Source: Nitrososphaerota archaeon
GTDB taxonomy: Archaea; Thermoproteota; Nitrososphaeria; Nitrososphaerales; UBA57
DNA: 32,000 bases
NCBI GenBank assembly: GCA_002713205.1
Contig: PAVW01000009.1
Span: forward strand, 30,001-62,000
Direction: 5' to 3'
Translations under genes and position numbers: made by a program
In this document: positions 1 to 8,778 of the stretch, one piece after another
Numbering within the stretch: position 1 is the first letter of the stretch
Layout: every line of letters begins with the position of its first letter
The notes under the pieces: model-generated
Told to the model about the DNA's origin: nothing
Database searches by the model: none
Seen by the model: only the letters and a program-made list of their open reading frames with translations

Positions 1-1
1 T

Positions 2-286
2 GCATTAGATGTCTGGGCTGTTCATGGAATGGGCGGTCTTTGGGGTGCATTAGCTACTGGATTATTCGCATCAGCAGCTATTGGTGGTACTGATGGTGTA
101 TTTATGGGAGGATCTATTTCTGTACTTACTACTCAAATCATTGCAATAGTCGCAACAATTGCATATGCGGGAATATTGACATTTGTCATTCTCAAAATAT
201 TAGACCAAACTCTTGGTCTTAGAATTAAGTCCGCTGATGAAGAGAATATAGATAAAGTACTTCATGGCGAAGCAGCATACACTTAA
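2..286 (+). CDS. amt: Ammonium transporter (Amt/MEP family), C-terminal fragment; the 5' end lies outside the window
   Basis: The frame of ORF 29..286 stays open back to base 2 and reads ALDVWAVHGMGGLWGALATGLFA... This is the conserved His/Gly segment and last TM helices typical of Amt proteins. Stop TAA at 284-286. Confidence 0.85.
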   Translation, partial: ALDVWAVHGMGGLWGALATGLFASAAIGGTDGVFMGGSISVLTTQIIAIVATIAYAGILTFVILKILDQTLGLRIKSADEENIDKVLHGEAAYT

Positions 287-290
287 AAAA

Positions 291-326
291 ATGGGTATAA
301 TAATACCCATTTTTCCTTTTTTTTAT
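291..326 (+). terminator. Perfect hairpin plus T-rich tract downstream of amt
   Basis: ATGGGTAT-aata-ATACCCAT (291-310) begins 5 nt after the amt stop and is followed by TTTTCCTTTTTTTTAT (311-326). Oligo-T tracts are archaeal termination signals. Confidence 0.5.
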
Positions 327-370
327 GTTATGGTTATTAACTAATAGTTTCTTCTTTTATCTGAGTTTAA

Positions 371-1258
371 TTGTCTGATTGGTTGGTTCTAGCTGGTCCT
401 GCATCTAAAGACTTGTCATATTCTCTCTCTAAATCACTTGATCTTGATATTATTGAAGTTGAATCAAAATCATTTCCAGATGGAGAAAGAAAAGTACGTT
501 TTCAATGTGATGTTAAAAATAAGAATATCATATTTGTTCAAAGTTTACATCCGCCTATCGACACACATTTAATGCAGTTATTATTTACTATTCATAAACT
601 TACTGATGAAGGGGCCAGAGTTTTTGCTTGTATTCCTTATCTTGCTTATGCTAGACAGGATTTAGAATTTCAAAAAGGCGAAGTAATTAGTCTTGGTGTA
701 TTGTCAAGATTATTCAGGTCTGTTGGAGTTAGTTCTCTTGTTACGGTCGATATTCATAGCAGTCAAGGTTTGGGTTATTTTTCTTTTCCAACTTATAGTG
801 TTTCTGCTATGCCAATGCTTGCAAATTATGCTAAAAATAATTTAAAGTTAGATTCTCCTGTTGCCGTATCGCCTGATTTTGGGGGATCTGCTAGAGTGGA
901 AGCTTTTGCTAAAATTATGGATATTCCAAATATATCTCTAAAAAAATCTCGTAATCGAAATACTGGCGAAGTAATTATGGAAGAAAGTAATATAGAAGTT
1001 ACTGATCGTGATATTTTGTTAATTGATGATATGATTACTACTGGTAATAGTATTGTAAAGGCTGCAAAGTATCTTAAGAAATTTAATATTGGTAAAATAT
1101 ATGCGCTTTGTAGCCATGCAGTCTTGATTGATAACGCATCTTCAATAATTCAAGATGCCGGTGTAGAAGAAATAATTGCTACCAATACTATTCCTTGTAA
1201 TGTGAGTAAAGTTGACATCACTCCAATTCTTACAGAACACTTTAAAACAATCAGATAA
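371..1258 (+). CDS. prs: Ribose-phosphate pyrophosphokinase (PRPP synthetase)
   Basis: Shows the N-terminal FPDGE motif, the ARQD segment and the PRPP-binding loop ILLIDDMITTGNS. Length of 295 aa is typical. Apparent TTG start, with no in-frame ATG near the N-terminus. Confidence 0.9.
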   Translation: MSDWLVLAGPASKDLSYSLSKSLDLDIIEVESKSFPDGERKVRFQCDVKNKNIIFVQSLHPPIDTHLMQLLFTIHKLTDEGARVFACIPYLAYARQDLEFQKGEVISLGVLSRLFRSVGVSSLVTVDIHSSQGLGYFSFPTYSVSAMPMLANYAKNNLKLDSPVAVSPDFGGSARVEAFAKIMDIPNISLKKSRNRNTGEVIMEESNIEVTDRDILLIDDMITTGNSIVKAAKYLKKFNIGKIYALCSHAVLIDNASSIIQDAGVEEIIATNTIPCNVSKVDITPILTEHFKTIR

Positions 1259-2276
1259 AGAACTCACTAAAGTCTTCTTTATTTTTTCTGGTGATTTTCC
1301 TAAACTAGGTTATAGTGAACTTAAAGCTATTTTAGAAATATATAATATTGATTATAAAGTTCTTTGTATAGAAAATCAATTTTGTTTAATTTCATTTAAA
1401 AACTTTAATGAAAAATATTTAATATTTTTTAAACGATTGGCTTATTGTAAAACTTTTGCACAATTGATTTTATCTTTTTCTGAAGATGAATCTGAATCAT
1501 TTATGACTTTCTCAATACATGATCTTTTTAATTCTGCAAAATCATTTGCTGTTAGACGCATTAGCGTTAATACTAAGAAATTAAATATTAATTATGAATC
1601 GATTATTGGTTCTAAGATTAAACAATTATATCCTAAATTTATTGTAAATTTAAATGATCCAGAACTTATTTTCATTATATTCTGTATTAATGATAGTATT
1701 TTTGTAGGTTTAGAATTGTATGATCATTCAAATAGATGGAATGATAGAAGGCCTCGTTCAAGACCTTTTTTTCTTCCATTTTCTTTATATCCTAAACTTT
1801 CTCGAGCATTAGTTAATTTAAGTCGTATAAAAGAAGAACAGATGCTGATTGATCCATTTTGCGGAACCGGTAGCATTGGTATAGAATCGTGTATGATGAA
1901 TGTTAATTTTATTGGTATTGAACTTAAACATTGGATTTGCATTGGCGCTTCAAAAAATTTTTCACACTTTAATCTTAAAAACTGGTTTATTTCTCAGGCA
2001 GATTCATTAAAAATACCTCTTTATGAGGCTAATTCTGTAGTTACTGACTTGCCTTATGGTATAACATCTAGTAATTTATATAAAAATCATGAAGATTTTT
2101 TAATTTATATTTTCCATGAAATTTCTTCTATTTTACACAAAGGATCATTTTTTGTATTTATGTGCCCAAAATCTTGGAAAATTCCAGATACAAATTATTT
2201 TATTTTAGTTGAAAAACATGAAATATATGTACATAGAAATTTAACTAGAGTTATTAATGTGCTAAAACGTTGCTAA
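1212..2276 (+). CDS. THUMP-domain tRNA (guanine-N2)-methyltransferase, Trm11/TrmG10-like
   Basis: The N-terminus FIFSGDFPKLGYSELKAIL is typical of Trm11-type proteins. SAM motif DPFCGTGSIGIE and catalytic DLPYG motif are present. The only canonical upstream start is TTG 1212, which overlaps prs by 47 nt, so the start is uncertain. Confidence 0.6.
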   Translation: MTSLQFLQNTLKQSDKELTKVFFIFSGDFPKLGYSELKAILEIYNIDYKVLCIENQFCLISFKNFNEKYLIFFKRLAYCKTFAQLILSFSEDESESFMTFSIHDLFNSAKSFAVRRISVNTKKLNINYESIIGSKIKQLYPKFIVNLNDPELIFIIFCINDSIFVGLELYDHSNRWNDRRPRSRPFFLPFSLYPKLSRALVNLSRIKEEQMLIDPFCGTGSIGIESCMMNVNFIGIELKHWICIGASKNFSHFNLKNWFISQADSLKIPLYEANSVVTDLPYGITSSNLYKNHEDFLIYIFHEISSILHKGSFFVFMCPKSWKIPDTNYFILVEKHEIYVHRNLTRVINVLKRC

Positions 2277-2386
2277 TTACTTATTTATTAGTATTATTGG
2301 TTAGATATGCTAAATTTATATGGATAAAAACGACTAATTAATAATAATCTATTATTATATTATGTTGGTGTATAACATTGGTCGAG

Positions 2387-3340
2387 ATGAAAATTATTCT
2401 TCTTGGAACTGCAGGTGCAATTCCTTCTTCTACTCGTAAATTAATTTCTACCCTAGTCATTCGAGACGGTGAACTCTTTTTTTTTGATGCGGGAGAGGGG
2501 GTACAACAAACTTTAATGAATTTAAAAATTGGTATGAATAAGCCTACTAGAATTTTTGTCACTCATATGCATGGCGATCATATTTTTGGATTGCTTGGTT
2601 TGATTCAAACAATGTCTCTATTAACGCGAGATAAACCACTTTACGTATATGGGCCTTTAGGCATTAAAAATTTTTTATTAACTAATATTAAAAATCTAGG
2701 AATTATTCTTAATTTTTCTCTTGTAATACAAGAAATTAAAGAAGGACTTGTTATTCGAACAAATAAATTTAAAATATATGCAAAAAAAGGAAATCATTCA
2801 AGAACTAATTTTGCTTTTACGCTGAAAGAAAATAATCGTCCAGGCATATTTTATCCAAAGAAAGCTAAAAAACTTTGTATACCTGAAGGTAAAAAATGGT
2901 CAGCTTTACAAAAAGGTAAACAAATTCGATTTAATAAACAAATTATTAAGCCAAGTCAAGTTCTTGGAAAATCACGTCCTGGTCGAAAAATTGGCATTTC
3001 AGGGGATACTAGACCTACTACTAGATTAATAAAATTCTTTTTAGATTGTGATGTTTTAATTCATGAATCGACTTATTCTAAACACGATAAATTATTGGCC
3101 AAAGATAGATATCATAGTACTTCTGTTGAAGCTGCTCAAGTTGCTAAAAAATCTCAAACAAATCTTCTGATATTGACTCATTTTAGTTCAAGATATAATA
3201 AAATAAATATATTGGAAAAAGAGGCTAGAAAAATTCATCATAATACTATTGCAGGTAATGATTTAATGAATTTTATATTGCCTTATCCTGATGAAAAACG
3301 AATTACTTCTTCTTACGTCTTGGCGCAATCCAATCAATAA
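2387..3340 (+). CDS. rnz: Ribonuclease Z (tRNA 3' endonuclease)
   Basis: N-terminus MKIILLGTAGAIPS and metallo-beta-lactamase motif HMHGDHIFGL are present, with C-terminal ESTY and THFSSRY motifs. ATG 2387 is preferred over the track's TTG 2378. Confidence 0.9.
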   Translation: MKIILLGTAGAIPSSTRKLISTLVIRDGELFFFDAGEGVQQTLMNLKIGMNKPTRIFVTHMHGDHIFGLLGLIQTMSLLTRDKPLYVYGPLGIKNFLLTNIKNLGIILNFSLVIQEIKEGLVIRTNKFKIYAKKGNHSRTNFAFTLKENNRPGIFYPKKAKKLCIPEGKKWSALQKGKQIRFNKQIIKPSQVLGKSRPGRKIGISGDTRPTTRLIKFFLDCDVLIHESTYSKHDKLLAKDRYHSTSVEAAQVAKKSQTNLLILTHFSSRYNKINILEKEARKIHHNTIAGNDLMNFILPYPDEKRITSSYVLAQSNQ

Positions 3341-3707
3341 AATTTAAGATATTATCTGATGTTATCGTAATTGTTATAGGGCCTAATGATGATTCATTTG
3401 AATTTTCACAAATAACTAATGATTTGACATAAGCAGCCTGTTTATTGTATAATATATGTGTAGAATCCTTTATTATATTCTTTCTTAATATTCTTCTTGC
3501 TACTGCGATGTTTTGTTTAACTCTTAAATTTTCATAAATAATTAGTAAATCTTTATAATTTTTTGAACTACCAGTAATTTTTCCATTTTCATGTTTTAAT
3601 TCAACATTAATTAGATTAGTTATTGCCTGTTTTACTTTGTTAATTTCTTCTGATTGATTTATTTCTGATTCAATTGATAAATTTACTAGATGTGACAAAT
3701 TTTCCAT
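3303..3707 (-). CDS. Small putative RNA-binding protein, UPF0201/COG1325-like (formerly called a predicted exosome subunit)
   Basis: At 134 aa, the N-terminal segment ESEINQSEEINKVKQAITNL resembles the TED..KV..A..N motif of the family. It lies 4 nt downstream of the UPF0200-like gene, a pairing I recall as conserved in archaea. Its 3' end overlaps rnz convergently by 38 nt. Confidence 0.5.
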   Translation of the reverse strand: MENLSHLVNLSIESEINQSEEINKVKQAITNLINVELKHENGKITGSSKNYKDLLIIYENLRVKQNIAVARRILRKNIIKDSTHILYNKQAAYVKSLVICENSNESSLGPITITITSDNILNFIDWIAPRRKKK

Positions 3708-3711
3708 TCAA

Positions 3712-4266
3712 TCACTTTTTAATTAGTTTTAGTAATATTTGTTTTGATTTTATTTTAAATTCTTCTTTTGTAAGCCTATTGTTGTTTATTTTTATATCTG
3801 TTATTTTCATGACTTTTTCTAATCCTATATTTATTTCCTTTTCATCTCTTTTTTTAAATGATTTTTTATTTAATGGCGCATCTTTTCTTCCTCTATCTAT
3901 TAAAAAATTCATTCTTCTTTCAGTGGTATTTATGATTAATATTGAAATTACTTTACCAATTTTTTGAAATTGTTTAATTTCTTCTATGTTTCTTATTCCA
4001 TCAATTATAATATGTTTATTTTGTGATTTTTTTATAATTGGTATACATATATTTGCTATTGCACTTCTTCCATTTTCTTTTCTTAATTTTACCATCATTT
4101 TGCTTAATGTTTCAGCATCATCTGATAATCCTTGTTTTTTAATTTCTTTACGTACTTGATCTCCCATATTTATGATTGAAAATCCTAATTCATTTGACAC
4201 TGAACAAAATAATGATTTTCCAGCACCTGGTAATCCTATTACACATATAATTAATTTTTGATTCAA
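3712..4266 (-). CDS. P-loop nucleotide kinase-like protein, UPF0200 / dephospho-CoA-kinase-like family
   Basis: Walker A GLPGAGKS is present. The MGD..R, IIDGIRN..E and RGR.D...F..RD..E segments match the archaeal UPF0200 pattern. Length is 184 aa. Confidence 0.65.
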   Translation of the reverse strand: MNQKLIICVIGLPGAGKSLFCSVSNELGFSIINMGDQVRKEIKKQGLSDDAETLSKMMVKLRKENGRSAIANICIPIIKKSQNKHIIIDGIRNIEEIKQFQKIGKVISILIINTTERRMNFLIDRGRKDAPLNKKSFKKRDEKEINIGLEKVMKITDIKINNNRLTKEEFKIKSKQILLKLIKK

Positions 4267-4364
4267 ATATTTATTATCATTATGTTTATTCCTAATTATT
4301 AATAGTATATTTTTTGATATTTTTGTGAAAATTAAAATATACAGTTGATATTATCAATTAAATA

Positions 4365-4925
4365 ATGAGAACTTTTATTTCTATTGACATACTAAATCCT
4401 ATTATTAAGCAAAAAGTTCTTGAATTTCAAGAAAAATTCTCTTCAATAAACACTGTTAAGTTTATTGATCCTGATCAACTGCATTTCACAATTAAATTTT
4501 TAGGTGAAATTGACTCTTCTTTAACTCATGATATTGTTTTACGGTTAAAACGCATTAAATTCCGTAAGTTTACAGTAAAATTGAGTTGTCTTGGTAGTTT
4601 TCCCAATGATCAACATATATCAATTATATGGGCTGGTGTGGATACTAATTCTGTGAATATTTTACAATTACTCAGTACAAAAATTAATGAACAATTATCT
4701 GATTTATTTCCTTTCGATACTCGAAAGTTTACTGCTCATGTTACATTAGCACGTGTAAAATCTAAACAATTTAATTCTGAAATTGTTAATCTTATACATG
4801 AAAACTCACAATTATTTTTTGGACAAAGTATTGTTAACAATTTTTCTTTTAAAAGCAGTGAGTTAACTCCTCATGGACCTGTATATTCTAATCTTTATAA
4901 CTTTAATTTAAATGAGAGTGATTAA
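4365..4925 (+). CDS. thpR: RNA 2',3'-cyclic phosphodiesterase / 2'-5' RNA ligase (2H phosphoesterase)
   Basis: Two H-x-T-x motifs are present (HFTIKFLG and HVTLARV) at the spacing typical of LigT/ThpR. Length is 186 aa. Confidence 0.85.
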   Translation: MRTFISIDILNPIIKQKVLEFQEKFSSINTVKFIDPDQLHFTIKFLGEIDSSLTHDIVLRLKRIKFRKFTVKLSCLGSFPNDQHISIIWAGVDTNSVNILQLLSTKINEQLSDLFPFDTRKFTAHVTLARVKSKQFNSEIVNLIHENSQLFFGQSIVNNFSFKSSELTPHGPVYSNLYNFNLNESD

Positions 4926-6300
4926 TATTTCTACAAGTTCAATTTTAAGTTCTGCACTGAAAGAATGTAAACCTACTAAAATCGAAGAAAAACGAATGCT
5001 GAAATTATATGATGACATTAATTCTAAAATTACAAATATTTCAAAAAACTATAATATCTCTGACATCAAATTAGGTGGATCTTTGGCAAAAGGCACATGG
5101 TTAAAAAATAATGCTGATATTGATATCTTTATTAAATTACCTTCTAACTGCACAAAAAAAGATCTAGAAAACTCTCTTGAAATAGGTCAAAGTGTATTAA
5201 AGGAATACAAACCATATCTAAAATATTCTGAACATCCATACGTAGAAGCACAAGTTCCTTTTGGTAAATCATCAAAGGTCAAAGTGAATATTGTTTCATG
5301 TTATGATGTATCGAAAGGAAATTGGAAAAGTTCTGCTGATCGTTCTCCATATCATACGAATTTTATTAAATCACATTTATCGAGTAAGAAAAAAGATGAA
5401 GTTCGTTTATTGAAAGCATTTCTATTTGCAAATAAATTGTATGGCGCAGAAATAAAAATTCAAGGATTTAGTGGATATATATGTGAATTTTTGATTCTTA
5501 AATATGGTAGTTTCATTAAATTATTGCGTGCTATGTCCAAATTAGATCAAAGCAGCACAATTCTATTAGATGATAAAGATTTCATTTTTTCTCATTTACA
5601 TGATGCTAGAAATCTAAAAATTTTAGATCCTATAGATCCTAAACGTAATTTAGCAACTGCAATCGCTCCTTATAATTTATCTAAATTTATTTTTCTTTCT
5701 AATGCGTTTTTGAATAAACCTTCTAAACATTATTTCAAACATCGACAAATTCATTTAAATTATAATTTACTTGATAATGTTTTATTAATTTCGTTTAATC
5801 ATAAATCTCGTCCTGTTGATATTCTTTGGGGACAATTACGAAAAAGTTTGAAACATATTAATCAGTCATTTGAAAAAAATGACTTTCATGTAATTCGATC
5901 TACAATTGCAAGTAATGATTCTACTGAAAGTATTTTTGTTTTTTTATTAAAAAATTTAAAACTTGATAATGCAAAGTTACATATGGGTCCTGATATTGCA
6001 ATGTTTAATCAATCTACTAATTTTCTTGATCATAATAAGACTAAACGTATTATTGCCTGGATTGGTGATAATGGCAGATTATATTCTTTAAATTTTCGTA
6101 AAAATAATGATATTCGTTCTTTTTTTAAGATTCTTATTTCAAATGAAAAGCAATTTGGTATGTCAAAAGGTATAAAATTTGATTTTAAACACAATTATAA
6201 ACTCGTAACAGGTAAACCTATATTATCTTTGGCGAAGAATAAACCTTGGTTATATTCATCTTTGGGTGACATTATTGGAACAGAATCATATTTATCTTAG
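4912..6300 (+). CDS. cca: CCA-adding enzyme (archaeal class I tRNA nucleotidyltransferase)
   Basis: Shows the GGSLAKGTWLKNNADIDIF nucleotidyltransferase motif and the downstream RSPYHT segment. Length is 462 aa. The ATG overlaps the thpR end by 14 nt. Confidence 0.9.
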   Translation: MRVINISTSSILSSALKECKPTKIEEKRMLKLYDDINSKITNISKNYNISDIKLGGSLAKGTWLKNNADIDIFIKLPSNCTKKDLENSLEIGQSVLKEYKPYLKYSEHPYVEAQVPFGKSSKVKVNIVSCYDVSKGNWKSSADRSPYHTNFIKSHLSSKKKDEVRLLKAFLFANKLYGAEIKIQGFSGYICEFLILKYGSFIKLLRAMSKLDQSSTILLDDKDFIFSHLHDARNLKILDPIDPKRNLATAIAPYNLSKFIFLSNAFLNKPSKHYFKHRQIHLNYNLLDNVLLISFNHKSRPVDILWGQLRKSLKHINQSFEKNDFHVIRSTIASNDSTESIFVFLLKNLKLDNAKLHMGPDIAMFNQSTNFLDHNKTKRIIAWIGDNGRLYSLNFRKNNDIRSFFKILISNEKQFGMSKGIKFDFKHNYKLVTGKPILSLAKNKPWLYSSLGDIIGTESYLS

Positions 6301-7042
6301 ACTTAATAGCGAACCTCCAAATCCGATACTAAAAAAAATTCTTTGCTATCCACATTTTACTGATAATATTTTTTCTGAGAGACTTGATGAATTACAAAGT
6401 TTACAAATTGATTATTTTGAATTGCAAGGTCCTACTATTATAGATGGTATTCATTTATTAGGTAAAGGAACACGTGGTATAGTCGTTAAAGCATATTCCA
6501 ATAATTCTTCTTTCGCTTTAAAAATACGAAGAACTGACTCTCCTCGACTTGATCTTATTAATGAGGCAAAAATTCAGAACATTGTTAATCAATTTGGTAT
6601 AGCACCAAAAATTCTCAATTTTACTAAAAATTTTATTTCAATGGAATTTATAGATGGTTTTATTTTGAATGATTATATTCATAAATTTCAAAATAATTTA
6701 GTTTCTGATTTACGCCATATTATTGCTGATTTACTTTATCAGTGTTTTATTTTAGATATTAATGGAATTGATCATGGTGAGTTAAGCAATTTAAAAAAAC
6801 ACGTTATAATTACTGATTATGCACATATAATTGACTTTGATTCTGCAAGTCAAACTCGAAAAGTCTCTAATCTTACTTCATCTGCACAGTACTTATTTAT
6901 CGGTGGACCTTTTTCGTCATATTTTCAAAAAATTTTTTCAATAGATGTGAATCTTTTAAAGACAATGCTAAAAAATTATAAATTTAATCAAAATTATGAT
7001 AATTTTAATAATATTCTTGAAATTCTTGATTTACATTTGTAA
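6266..7042 (+). CDS. Atypical (RIO/Bud32-like, COG2112-type) putative Ser/Thr protein kinase
   Basis: Glycine loop LGKGTRGIVVKA, ALKIRR lysine segment, IDHGELSNLKKHVII catalytic-loop-like segment and IDFDSA are present. GTG start overlaps cca by 35 nt, so the start is uncertain. Confidence 0.55.
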   Translation: MTLLEQNHIYLRLNSEPPNPILKKILCYPHFTDNIFSERLDELQSLQIDYFELQGPTIIDGIHLLGKGTRGIVVKAYSNNSSFALKIRRTDSPRLDLINEAKIQNIVNQFGIAPKILNFTKNFISMEFIDGFILNDYIHKFQNNLVSDLRHIIADLLYQCFILDINGIDHGELSNLKKHVIITDYAHIIDFDSASQTRKVSNLTSSAQYLFIGGPFSSYFQKIFSIDVNLLKTMLKNYKFNQNYDNFNNILEILDLHL

Positions 7043-7096
7043 CATGCTAAAATTTATCAAAATGCTTTATTATTGGTAAATATTATCTAAACCGAT

Positions 7097-7233
7097 GGGG
7101 CCGTAGTCTAGTTATTTGATTTTTTTTAATCATATAGGAAAACTTGGTCTAAGATGCCAGAATTTGCATAATGACTAACCTGGGGACCTTGTTGGAATGC
7201 TGGTGATCGCGTGTTCAAATCACGCCGGCCCCA
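7097..7233 (+). tRNA. tRNA-Pro (anticodon GGG at 7182-7184) with three predicted introns
   Basis: Acceptor is GGGGCCG (7097-7103) paired with CGGCCCC (7226-7232), plus A73. T arm is GCGTG-TTCAAAT-CACGC (7209-7225). The D arm GTCT-AGTTGGTCTA-AGAT forms after removing 32 nt (7112-7143, internal hairpin TGATT/AATCA). A perfect anticodon arm CCAGC-CTGGGGA-GCTGG forms only after removing 18 nt (7161-7178) and 12 nt (7187-7198). The mature form is 75 nt. Confidence 0.75.
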
Positions 7234-7244
7234 TATTTACATTT

Positions 7245-7979
7245 TTAAATTGAAAATAAAAGTCCTAATATGAATATACTGGTGCAAAATGGAATTGCAA
7301 GTTTATCATTAATATTGAGTTGTAATTCATATAACACAGTTGGTTTTTTTACAACTCCATAGCATCTTGATTCCATAGCTTCAGCTAATTCTCCACTCCT
7401 AATGACTTCATTGACTATTAGTGGTACTAGTATGGGAACAAAATTTTTGATTCTGGTTATTGGATTGCCTCTCTCTAATTCTAACCCTCTTGATTTCTGC
7501 GCATCAATTATTTGTAATGCATCCAAAAGTATTATGGGTACAAATCTTACTGCTGTCACAAATGCAAATACAAGATCATTTGGAATTCTAAACCATCTTA
7601 ACACATATTCTAATTCGTCAGGTGAAGTTATTAGAAAGAAAATTGATGTCGAACAAACAATTGCCACAAATCTCAATGCAATTTGTAAAGAATAGATAAA
7701 TGAATATCCTGCTATGATGTTTATTCCTAATATAATCCCAGAAAACAACAATGCAAATAACATTGTTCTGATTAATCTTGATAATATTTTTGATATGCTG
7801 GCCAACAAAATAATTCCAATGAAAATTATTGCTAAATCAATCAAGTCTGAAACTAATAATGCTAATGTAAAAAATTGGATTGAAATAAGAAGTTTTACTC
7901 GAGGATCTAATTTGTGTACAAATGAATCCACTTTGGTAAAAATAAAACCCTTAGAAATCCAATACATTTTAACTACCAT
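7245..7979 (-). CDS. ecfT: ECF transporter transmembrane (T) component, CbiQ/EcfT family
   Basis: Polytopic membrane protein of 244 aa with the C-terminal coupling-helix region IIDAQKSRG...RSGELAEAMESRCYG typical of EcfT. It overlaps the upstream ATPase gene by 11 nt. Confidence 0.85.
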   Translation of the reverse strand: MVVKMYWISKGFIFTKVDSFVHKLDPRVKLLISIQFFTLALLVSDLIDLAIIFIGIILLASISKILSRLIRTMLFALLFSGIILGINIIAGYSFIYSLQIALRFVAIVCSTSIFFLITSPDELEYVLRWFRIPNDLVFAFVTAVRFVPIILLDALQIIDAQKSRGLELERGNPITRIKNFVPILVPLIVNEVIRSGELAEAMESRCYGVVKKPTVLYELQLNINDKLAIPFCTSIFILGLLFSI

Positions 7980-8778
7980 TAATACGTCTTATTGCATCTG
8001 TAGCTTCAGTGATATCTCCAGGTGGTTCTTCTTTTATGTTTAATTTCATCCATAAATCTAATAATTGCGGTCTCATTAAACAAGTCTGGTTTAGTAATTC
8101 ATCATCAGAAAAAATATCAGTCATCTTCCCTGTTTTTTTAATTCTTCCTTTGGCCATTACAATAGTATTTGGTTTAAGTGGCCACAAAAATTCCAGATCA
8201 TGTGATATGATTATGATAGTTTTTCCTTGTTTATTTAAATTTGAAATAAATTTTAACATCTTTTCTTTTTGTACTTGGTCTTGTCCCACCGTTGGTTCAT
8301 CTAGAATTAATACTTCAGGATTCCATGCTAGAACGGATGCAATACACAGTCTTTTTTTTTCTCCCCCGCTTAACTTTAATGGCGATGTATTTTCATATTT
8401 TTTTAAATCAAAGAAATTCAGGGCCCATTCAAATCTGTTTTTTTTAATTTGAGAATCGGTTTCAAAATTATTTAATCCAAATAATATTTCATTTTTTACA
8501 GTATCTGCAAATAATTGATGATTAGAATTTTGAAAAACCATTCCAATTCTTTTTGATAATGATGCCACGCTAATTTTTTTTGTATTTTTTCCAAAAACCA
8601 ATACATTTCCTGATGTTGGTTTTAGTAATCCATTAATATGTCTTGCTAATGTTGTTTTACCTGTACCATTACTACCCACTAACGCATTGATTGTTTTTGG
8701 TTTTATTGAAAGATTTATTTCCTTTAATGCTTGGATTCCATTTACATGTATATAATTTACATTTTTAAATTCAATCAT
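7969..8778 (-). CDS. ecfA: ECF/ABC transporter ATP-binding protein (EcfA'/CbiO-like)
   Basis: Walker A GSNGTGKTT, signature LSGGEKKRL, Walker B LILDEPT and H-loop ISHD are present. Confidence 0.9.
   Translation of the reverse strand: MIEFKNVNYIHVNGIQALKEINLSIKPKTINALVGSNGTGKTTLARHINGLLKPTSGNVLVFGKNTKKISVASLSKRIGMVFQNSNHQLFADTVKNEILFGLNNFETDSQIKKNRFEWALNFFDLKKYENTSPLKLSGGEKKRLCIASVLAWNPEVLILDEPTVGQDQVQKEKMLKFISNLNKQGKTIIIISHDLEFLWPLKPNTIVMAKGRIKKTGKMTDIFSDDELLNQTCLMRPQLLDLWMKLNIKEEPPGDITEATDAIRRINGS

Noticed and set aside
1724-2562. Minus-strand ORFs 1724-1942 and 2338-2562
   Set aside because: They are antisense to the Trm11-like gene and to the rnz start region. They have no motifs, and the second would span a probable promoter region.
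3674-3967. 97-aa plus-strand ORF rich in F/I/L/S
   Set aside because: It lies entirely antisense to the well-supported UPF0200/UPF0201-like genes. It has low-complexity composition and no recognisable motif, as is typical of shadow ORFs in AT-rich DNA.
7157-7203. Alternative reading of the first tRNA as tRNA-Gln(UUG) with a single 30-nt intron
   Set aside because: It requires an A31-G39 mismatch and A32. It also conflicts with the G1-C72 Pro-like acceptor. The two-intron parse gives a perfect stem and a canonical CUGGGGA loop.
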